From Macrostomum hystrix (taxonomy: Eukaryota; Animalia; Platyhelminthes): a stretch of DNA of 64,000 nt. Below are positions 56,315 to 64,000 of this stretch, piece by piece. The position numbers were made by a program, and so were the translations under genes. The notes below the pieces were generated by a model. It was given only the letters and a program-made list of their open reading frames with translations. It was not told the origin of the DNA and ran no database searches. The stretch covers positions 4,464,001 through 4,528,000 of the forward strand of contig CATNEN010000007.1 in assembly GCA_950097015.1 (NCBI GenBank). The letters are read 5' to 3'. Positions within the stretch are counted from its first letter, which is position 1. Each line of letters starts with the position of its first letter.

Positions 56315-56448
56315 GTGACAGGTGATGGGTGATTGGAGGGTGACAGGTGATGGGTGATTGGTGGGTGACAGGTGATGGGTGATTGGTGGGTGACAGTTGA
56401 TGGGTAGAGGGTGGGTGGGTGGGTGACAGGTGATTGGTGGGTGACAGG
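56315..56448. repeat. 24-bp array (GGTGACAGGTGATGGGTGATTGGT)
   Basis: About 5 units abutting a headless SINE-B body. Confidence 0.85.
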
Positions 56449-56449
56449 T

Positions 56450-56650
56450 CTCTGCGGCGGTGTACACTGCCTGACGATGAGAAAGTCAGGACAGATGTAC
56501 ACACTGTGTGAGCGTATGCCTGCGTACGGTATCTGTGTGCGTGTGTGCTCAGGAGTCAGCGAAATGGACAGAATTGCCTCCTCGCTGGCTGCGGGTCTAC
56601 TGCAGCACCAAACATTGTGCAATTGCCTGCAGCCCTCCTGCAATTATTAT
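56450..56650 (+). mobile_element. SINE family B, 5'-truncated body and tail
   Basis: GTGTACACTGCCTGACGATGAGAAAGTCAGG...GCTCAGGAGTCAGCGAA...GAATTGCCTCCTCGCTGGCTGCGGGTCTA...GCCCTCCTG matches about 24745-24900. Confidence 0.8.
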
Positions 56651-56974
56651 TTTTTTTAGACAGGTCTCTTTGACTCTAAGTCTAATTGGACCAGCAGAAC
56701 GTGGTCTATATTCTATGAAAAAGTCTAGCAAGTATTTTTCGAATAGTCTACAAATTGTTCTGGGAATGAACAGAGCTGTGAATTGTTGCATTTGCATTTC
56801 AAGTCTGCAGGATTCCTAGAAATGCTCGATCAGCTGACGCCCAGTTGCTGACGGAACCGCCTGCCTGAGGAAGGACAGGAAATGCTGGCCAGTCACGCAC
56901 CAGCGGGTTTCAGCACGCAGTTCAGTTGCGATTCATAAATTTCATTAATTGGTTTTTTGCAAGTAGCGTTAACC

Positions 56975-57130
56975 AGGGGGGCGAGTGACAGCTTTTAACG
57001 CGTTTGCCTCTCGCACAAAGGTCCCTGAGCTCGATTCCGCAGCGAGGCCACATTCATTCCGGGGCGTCAGGGGCAGATGTGCACACCTGTGTAAGAGAGT
57101 GCCTACGTACAGTATCTGTGTGCGTGTGTA
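56975..57130 (+). mobile_element. SINE family B, head plus internally deleted body
   Basis: ACGCGTTTGCCTCTCGCACAAAGGTCCCTGAGCTCGATTCCGCAGCGAGGCCACATT matches about 24603-24659. Confidence 0.75.
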
Positions 57131-57137
57131 CGTTTGA

Positions 57138-57151
57138 GTTGCCATGGCGAC
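57138..57151. promoter_or_regulatory. RFX X-box (GTTGCCATGGCGAC)
   Basis: 13/14 match to the palindromic X-box GTTGCCATGGCAAC. Confidence 0.55.
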
Positions 57152-57508
57152 ATCACCGATGTTTGTTCTCGCACCAGTGGTATCTGTAATTCTCGTTACT
57201 TTTAGTTCAAAGCTAAAAAATCTCAGAAGCGGCAACAGAATTCGTATCTCATTCCATTCTACTGAATACAGTTTCTCATGTTAGTAAGTCGGCAATAGGA
57301 ATTGAACAGGAAAAAATGAGAAACAATTATAATTTTCAGCTTCGAATCGGAAAAGAAACGAAAAATTTGGTGCTTCAGTCAAATTTGCTGAGTCCTACCA
57401 AGCTTCTCAACAGTTTTAAGCTTTCATATTTTCGAATGCAAAAACGCTGGTTGTGACTTGATTTGGCTGACACTGTTGAGTCAGGATGGGCGGGTATCGT
57501 CCAGCAAG

Positions 57509-58060
57509 TCAGCCGTTCATCGCCGCCACGCTCATCTGCTCCTCAATTTCCACGCAGCTGAGAGCATTAGAGAACTCCTCGAACGTCACCCGGTTGTCGC
57601 CGTCCTCGTCCGCCTCCGACAGGCAGCGCAACGCGATGGAGCCAAGCTGCTCGTCGCTGACGGAGTCTCCTAGAAGCAGCATCAGGAAGGCGGCCATCTC
57701 CGCGGCCGACACGGAGCCGCTGCAGTCGACGTCCAGCATGGAGAACAGGAAGCGCAGTTTGGCCTCGCGGCTCTCCGGCCGCCTGCTCCGCTTGAAGACG
57801 GCCAGCCGTCGAACGAACTCCGGGTAGGACAGGGCGGAGCGGCCGTTGGAGAAGAAGGCGTGCAGGATTCGGTCGCACAGCGGGTTGGTGATGATGTCCT
57901 GCTCGCGCAGCAGGTCGTCCTTCGTCAGCACGGGCTCCCCGCGGCTCAGTCGATTGAAGCGCCGGTAGAGATTGTTCAGGTGCGGCACGGACAGTTCTGT
58001 TTCCTGGCTGAGCGCTTCGATCTCCTGAATGTCCAGCGGGATGGAGAACCGGTTGCCCAT
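57509..58060 (-). CDS. CHP1: Calcineurin B homologous protein (CHP1-like) EF-hand protein, 183 aa, intronless CDS
   Basis: MGNRFS (Gly2 myristoylation-type start), NPLCDRILHAFF, EF loops DVDCSGSVSAAE and DEDGDNRVTFEE, and the CHP-diagnostic SDEQLGSIA. The true start is probably the ATG at 58060, not the TTG at 58081. Confidence 0.88.
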   Translation of the reverse strand: MGNRFSIPLDIQEIEALSQETELSVPHLNNLYRRFNRLSRGEPVLTKDDLLREQDIITNPLCDRILHAFFSNGRSALSYPEFVRRLAVFKRSRRPESREAKLRFLFSMLDVDCSGSVSAAEMAAFLMLLLGDSVSDEQLGSIALRCLSEADEDGDNRVTFEEFSNALSCVEIEEQMSVAAMNG

Positions 58061-58404
58061 GGCTGGTTGGGAATCGAACAAACTGCAAAATGCTGGAAAC
58101 GACTTTGCGTCTGGTATTTCCTGGGCAAGAGAGAGCAGGATCCAAGCCGGCAGTCCCGCATTTTAAGTAGACTTTGGCAGCCAACCAGGGACAAACTGGC
58201 ATGGGACAGTTTGACGACATTGAGTCCTACTCGTTGAGTCCTACTAAAAGTAGCAAAGTGTATTTTTATACGAGCACATACTGTGTCATGATGTTGACAC
58301 ACTAGTCCAAACTTGCGACCAAAATGTTCTGTACAATGTACACTTGAAGGGCTGCGGACGCCGATCCATCATTTGGTGGCAGTCGACCCGCAGCCAGCGA
58401 GAGG

Positions 58405-58885
58405 CACACACATACCGTACACACTCATACACATACCGAACACACTCATACACATACCGTACACACTCACACACATACCGTACACACTCATACACATACC
58501 GTACACACTCATACACATACCGTACACACTCATACACATACCGTACACACTCATACACATACCGTACACACTCATACACATACCGTACACAGGCACACAC
58601 ATACCGGACACACTCATACACATACCGAACACACTCATACACACACCGTACACACTCATACACATACCGTACACACTCATACACATACCGTACACACTCA
58701 TACACATACCGGACACAGGCAGACCCATACCGTACACAGGCACACACATACCGTACACACTCACACACATACCGTACACAGGCACACACATACCGTACGC
58801 ACTCACACACATACCGTACACAGGCACACACATACCGTACACAGGCACACACATACCGTACACAGGCACACACATACCGTACACA
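58405..58885. repeat. 21-bp array (CACACATACCGTACACACTCA/GG), about 23 copies
   Basis: Direct periodicity. Confidence 0.96.
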
Positions 58886-58926
58886 GGACCCTCGACCCTC
58901 GCTGTCCAGGGTTTCTAAAATGCCCT

Positions 58927-58953
58927 ATTGCCATGGAAACTAACCATGGAAAC
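58927..58953. promoter_or_regulatory. Tandem X-box-like pair (ATTGCCATGGAAAC / CTAACCATGGAAAC)
   Basis: On the minus strand both begin GTTTCCATGG, a typical RFX site; about 870 nt upstream of the CHP ATG. Confidence 0.5.
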
Positions 58954-59605
58954 ACGTGAGTAGTGTGATACGAACATTGTGTTTTTTTAACAACTCGGTC
59001 GTGGAGACGCCACTCCGTCAATAGCGCCACGGATCGGCATTGGGAAGAAGCTGGGCTCCGTAGCTGAGCTGTTGGCCGGTTTGAGTTCGAGTTGTCTATG
59101 GTAGAACCGTGTTTTTCGAGCCCACTTTCTCACATTTCAAAGTCACTATGCTCGCGAGCCCGGAACTCAATCGAGAATTGAGTTCGCCAAAGCTGAGCGT
59201 TCTCTCCGCCGCTCCAATTTGCTGACGACAATCAAATTATCAGCACCGAGCTTGCCTTTCACTCCGAATCGATGGGGGAAAACTTCTCAATCTAATGGGA
59301 AGAAAAGTGCAAAAATGAGTGCGGCCATATTGTCCGTTTTTCTGGAGCCGGAACGAAATCGGTTGTTTGCGAGAAACACTTCGAAGCCTGCAGCAGTGCG
59401 GCGCGTGATGCGGCATCCGTTTTCTTTGAGTAGCATTCATGCAGCTGCCAACAGACCTGAGTCCATCCAGCTGAGTCCAGATTTGCAATGCGCCTCCCAG
59501 TCTCCGCTGCTGAGGATCTGGCAGCGACAAGCTGGGGTGTTGCGCAAGCGGGATCTGTCCCGGACTTGAATTCAGAGCCAAATTTGCACTGACAGCTGGC
59601 GCTGG

Positions 59606-59776
59606 CCAATCAGAGCCAGCCAAGCCTGCAGAGCTGCCCTGGGGACTATTAAACCTGCGGGATCAGGGCAGGGATGCGAGAAATCCCAGCTGCCTGGCTG
59701 GCTCATGAGCCTTCAGTTCTCGGTAAAACCCTGAGAAGACTGAGCATAAGGATAATCTGCTCAATAACAGGTAAGA
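59606..59776 (+). promoter_or_regulatory. Candidate Pol II promoter and first exon: GGCCAATCAG, TATTAAA (59647), donor CAG/GTAAGA (59770/59771)
   Basis: Canonical order and spacing of CCAAT, TATA-like box, short exon and strong donor. No downstream CDS identified in the window. Confidence 0.45.
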
Positions 59777-59894
59777 CAACAAATCTTTACTTGAATTATG
59801 GGGTGATGACAACGCGAGAAATTGTTTTTCACTGCTCCTGCCGTTTTTCAAATCATTTTTCCATAGTTTTCCGTTTTTATCATTGATTTCTACC

Positions 59895-60245
59895 CCTTTC
59901 ACTTCCCCATATTTCCCGTCACCATATTCCACATACTAATATTCCATATCCCCATATTTCAATCCCCACATTCCCATATTCCAATCCCATATTCCCATAT
60001 ACCAATCCCCATATTCCACATCTCAATATTCCACATCTCCATATTCTAATCCCCATATGCCCAAATACCACATCCCCATATTCCAATATTCCAATCCCCA
60101 ATTCCAATCCCCAATTCCAATTCCCAAATACCACATCCCTATATTTCAATATTCCAATCCCCAATTCCAATTCCCAAATACCACATCCCTATATTTCAAT
60201 ATTCCAATCCCCATATTCCACATCTCAATATCTCCCATCCCCATA
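59895..60245. repeat. Degenerate CCAATCCCCATATT low-complexity array
   Basis: Repeated ATTCCAATCCCC and CATATT motifs. Confidence 0.85.
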
Positions 60246-60858
60246 TTTGTCATGTATTTTACACAGATCCTTAAACGACAAAGTTACTAAGAGTTCTTCC
60301 GCGTCTCCATCCCCTCTGTGACGTAATCAAACAAGATAAAGAGCAAGTGGGGAGCCGGCAGTGAGCTTGCCCGGCAACTACCGCCGCCATTGAGCGGTCA
60401 GTAAATTTGGGTCAAAAAGCTACTCCACTGTCCCACTTGACTTTCATGGCAATCTGAATTCACTGAATTCGGTGAGTTTCACTTCACAAAGGACAGAGAA
60501 AGTTTCGAGATTGGGTGTCACACACGAGAGTGTTCTAGGGACCTTTGCCAGTGAGGAATATTCCGCTTATGCTAGATTAACATTACTAGCTATGCATAGG
60601 ACTTCCTTCTGCTGTTTCTCGAGTGGATTCTGCCTAGTTTCTAGTGCTCGTTGCAGTTCACTTACTTAATTTCTAGCAAAGTATCTAAGAAGAACTGCTG
60701 AATAAATAATTAACTAATGAGACTAAACAGAGTGACTACAAAAAAGTTTTTCTGGGTTCCGCACACGAAACTGCCAGTCAGGCCAGCACTTGACCCTCAG
60801 CCAGACATTCTCTGCATGTGTTCTTGAGATGCGAAAATTAATCTTTTTGAGTTCTGAG

Positions 60859-60871
60859 GTTGCTTGGCAAC
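60859..60871. promoter_or_regulatory. RFX X-box, 13-bp form (GTTGCTTGGCAAC)
   Basis: Inverted GTTGC/GCAAC half-sites, directly at the start of the 26-bp array. Confidence 0.5.
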
Positions 60872-62325
60872 GGGGTGTCAGTGAGGATGTCTGTTATTGG
60901 GATATGTCAGTTGTGGGGTGTCAGTGAGGATGCCAGCTGCTGGGTGTCAGTGAGGATGTCTGTTATTGGGATATGTCAGTTGTGGGGTGTCAGTGAGGAT
61001 GCCAGCTGCTGGGTGTCAGTGAGGATGTCAGCTGCTGGGTGTCAGTGAGATGTCAGCTGTGGGGTGTCAGTGAGGATGTCAGCTGCTGGGTGTCAGTGAG
61101 TATGTCAGCTGCTGGGTGTCAGTGAGATGTCAGCTGTGGGGTGTCAGTGAGGATGTCAGCTGCTGGGTGTCAGTGAGTATGTCAGCTGTGGGGTGTCAGT
61201 GAGGATGCCAGCTGCTGGGTGTCAGTGAGGATGTCAGCTGCTGGGTGTCAGTGAGATGTCAGCTGTGGGGTGTCAGTGAGGATGTCAGCTGCTGGGTGTC
61301 AGTGAGATGTCAGCTGCTGGGTGTCAGTGAGATGTCAGCTGTGGGGTGTCAGTGAGGATGTCAGCTGCTGGGTGTCAGTGAGTATGTCAGCTGCTGGGTG
61401 TCAGTGAGTATGTCAGCTGTTGGGTGTCAGTGAGGATGTCAGCTGCTGGGTGTCAGTGAGGATGCCAGCTGCTGGGTGTCAGTGAGGATGTCAGCTGTGG
61501 GGTGTCAGTGAGTATGTCAGCTGTGGGGTGTCAGTGAGGATGCCAGCTGCTGGGTGTCAGTGAGTATGTCAGCTGTGGGGTGTCAGTGAGGATGCCAGCT
61601 GCTGGGTGTCAGTGAGTATGTCAGCTGCTGGGTGTCAGTGAGGATGCCAGCTGCTGGGTGTCAGTGAGGATGCCAGCTGCTGGGTGTCAGTGAGGATGCC
61701 AGCTGCTGGGTGTCAGTGAGTATGTCGGCTGTGGGGTGTCAGTGAGGATGCCAGCTGCTGGGTGTCAGTGAGGATGTCAGCTGTGGGGTGTCAGTGAGGA
61801 TGTCAGCTGCTGGGTGTCAGTGAGTATGTCAGCTGCTGGGTGTCAGTGAGTATGTCAGCTGCTGGGTGTCAGTGAGGATGTCAGCTGCTGGGTGTCAGTG
61901 AGTATGTCAGCTGCTGGGTGTCAGTGAGGATGCCAGCTGCTGGGTGTCAGTGAGGATGTCAGCTGTGGGGTGTCAGTGAGGATGCCAGCTGCTGGGTGTC
62001 AGTGAGGATGTCAGCTGCTGGGTGTCAGTGAGATGTCAGCTGTGGGGTGTCAGTGAGGATGTCAGCTGCTGGGTGTCAGTGAGATGTCAGCTGTGGGGTG
62101 TCAGTGAGGATGTCAGCTGCTGGGTGTCAGTGAGGATGTCAGCTGCTGGGTGTCAGTGAGTATGTCAGCTGCTGGGTGTCAGTGAGTATGTCAGCTGTGG
62201 GGTGTCAGTGAGGATGTCAGCTGCTGGGTGTCAGTGAGTATGTCAGCTGTGGGGTGTCAGTGAGGATGCCAGCTGCTGGGTGTCAGTGAGGATGTCAGCT
62301 GCTGGGTGTCAGTGAGGATGCCAGC
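60872..62325. repeat. 25/26-bp satellite (GGTGTCAGTGAGGATGTCAGCTGCTG), about 56 copies
   Basis: Direct periodicity. Confidence 0.97.
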
Positions 62326-63189
62326 AGAAAATCGGAAGCTCTGATTTTGAAGCGCAGACTAATTTAGACGTACCATTGTGAAATTCAGGGCACCGGTGTA
62401 TGCACTTTAGCCACCCAGTAGGAGAATAAAGACGAGCAGAGTCAATCTCGGCATTGCTGTTTCTGCTGTCTGCAACACTCGCCTGAAATATGAAAGCACG
62501 CGGACTGTTCTTGCATTTTCAAGTTTTTGAAAATTTCTTCAGCCGCATCAATCAATCAATGCTTTTCGATCCGCCGACATCAACACGGGTTGCGGCGGGA
62601 AGTAAAATGGCTTTCCATCTTAACCAGCCACTGTTACCCTCAAATAGAAGCTTCTTAGCGAGAAAACTCCAATTTTCACAATTTTCTACTTTGTTAAATG
62701 TATTTAGGAGATAGACAGCGGAGATTGCGGAGGCATGAGAGTTACACTCGGGGGTGGGGGAAGAGGCCGAGAGTAGAGGAGAAAGCTGGAGAGCAGAGTT
62801 AGCGCCGGCGGAGGTAAGTACTTGCAGTGCTTGGCTGAGTCGCTGATTGCCAGATCGACAAGAAAACCGAGCCAGCAGTCCCACATCCCCCAAGTGCTTC
62901 AATTTCCTTTGCCGGAGGAGTGGCCACTGCGTTTGGGTGGAATGGGGTCTTTTGGTTCTCCCCAATCTACCCAGGTACTGGGATGCCGAATGCCACTTTT
63001 CACTCCCGCTGGCTTGAATCGCCTTTGTCCATTCTGACAGTTGGCCATGAACCCAGTTTTTTATTTCAGTGTTTATCCTACAACTCAATCAAAACCTTCA
63101 CGGCCCCATAAAACCTTTGACTTCACAAGCAACTCACAGCTCATGTCAATCGAAATCTTTAATGTTGTTTGCCAACTCAGATTTTGGTT

Positions 63190-63385
63190 TGCAATCCCAA
63201 TCTGCCCCAGTAAATCCCAATTTACCCCAGTAATAATCCCAATCTACCCCAGTTAATCCCAATCTGTCCCAGTAAATCCCAATATACCCCAGTAATAATC
63301 CCAATCTACCCCAGTTAATCCCAATCTACCCCAGTTAATCCCAATCTACCCCAGTTAATCCCTATCTTCCCCAGTTAATCCCTAT
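63190..63385. repeat. 20-bp array (TAATCCCAATCTACCCCAGT), about 9 copies
   Basis: Direct periodicity. Confidence 0.9.
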
Positions 63386-64000
63386 CTTCACACTCTAACC
63401 GAATCCACCCTAGCATACCAATCCACTATTACCGACCCAAATCTAATCCAAATCCCTATTTACTTGCTGACAGATTAAGGCACAGATTTTCCCTGACCAA
63501 GATCCTCATCGCCAGTTACTTCCCCAGAAATCCCTGGCGCTAACAGACGCTCGCATGGTCCGAAAGCTTCACAAAACCTCCGGCTGAAATTGAATCCCAA
63601 ACTCACAGCATTGTCCGCCCAGATTCGGTCTAGCTGAGTAGTGAGTTCACTGTGGAATCTCATTAACGATAATCAGTTCAGCCTGATCAGGCATCGATTG
63701 CATAACCAGCATCTCTCCGCTGCTACCCCCCGCGATCGGCTCCTGGCCGAGTTGTGTTTATGACCGCATCGATTGGGAATCCCATCTCCCTGACAACTTG
63801 TGGAATCCCCTCATGCCGCCTGCCGCCGCCGCCTCTGCTGCTGTTGCTGATTGAAGAGCCTTTTACTTGCGCGTGGGACAGAGTGGGGTGTTTGAAGAGG
63901 CCAGACGGTCGCACGCGATCTCCCACAGTAGCCTCTGTTGCGCGTGATACTGCGCCGCACGAGAGCTGCGTCATCCTGTTTGTGCTCTCATGCCCCGGCC

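Noticed and set aside
59163-59185. 9-bp stem hairpin GAACTCAAT-CGAGA-ATTGAGTTC
   Set aside because: Too short to be significant in a 64-kb window, with no terminator or ncRNA context.
18829-62325. Long ORFs in the track such as 18829-20208, 18833-20272, 21368-22135, 23374-24624, 35358-36259, 43512-44169, 46307-47032, 50223-50876, 51256-51945 and 58286-58943
   Set aside because: They are translations of stop-free tandem repeat units, mostly inside introns. No evidence of real proteins.
62552-63088. 178-aa minus-strand ORF
   Set aside because: No recognisable domain or codon signal, and it overlaps plus-strand exon/donor signals. Treated as unsupported.

Overview
AT-rich eukaryotic genomic DNA with GC-rich, Ala/Gln-tract-rich exons and introns packed with short-unit tandem arrays (about 31 arrays, roughly 18 kb, about 29% of the window by my manual sum). 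This style fits a free-living flatworm such as Macrostomum (inference, not proven). By manual GT-AG splicing I reconstruct seven genes: a two-exon protein with a degenerate KH-like domain (+), a very divergent TRPV-like channel (-) head-to-head with a 10-exon NPHP4 (+), an NK4/tinman-class homeobox gene (+), a 7-exon TYSND1 peroxisomal protease ending in PTS1 AKM (+), an SH3-PX-BAR sorting nexin of the SNX9/18/33 group (+) and an intronless CHP1-like EF-hand gene (-). Mobile DNA: two tRNA-derived SINE families (one full-length copy with a TSD) and two small TIR elements with 8-bp TSDs. Best leads: the atypical TRPV pore, a cluster of RFX X-boxes around the CHP-like gene, core motifs shared between otherwise unrelated satellite arrays, a 43-bp array occupying the 5' half of a SINE head, a possible internal SNX promoter, and a CCAAT-box array next to a small orphan ORF. 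I see no CRISPR, rRNA or true tRNA gene, and no clearly new biological system that sequence alone can establish. Exon boundaries are hand-derived and need RNA-seq confirmation; repeat boundaries are approximate.
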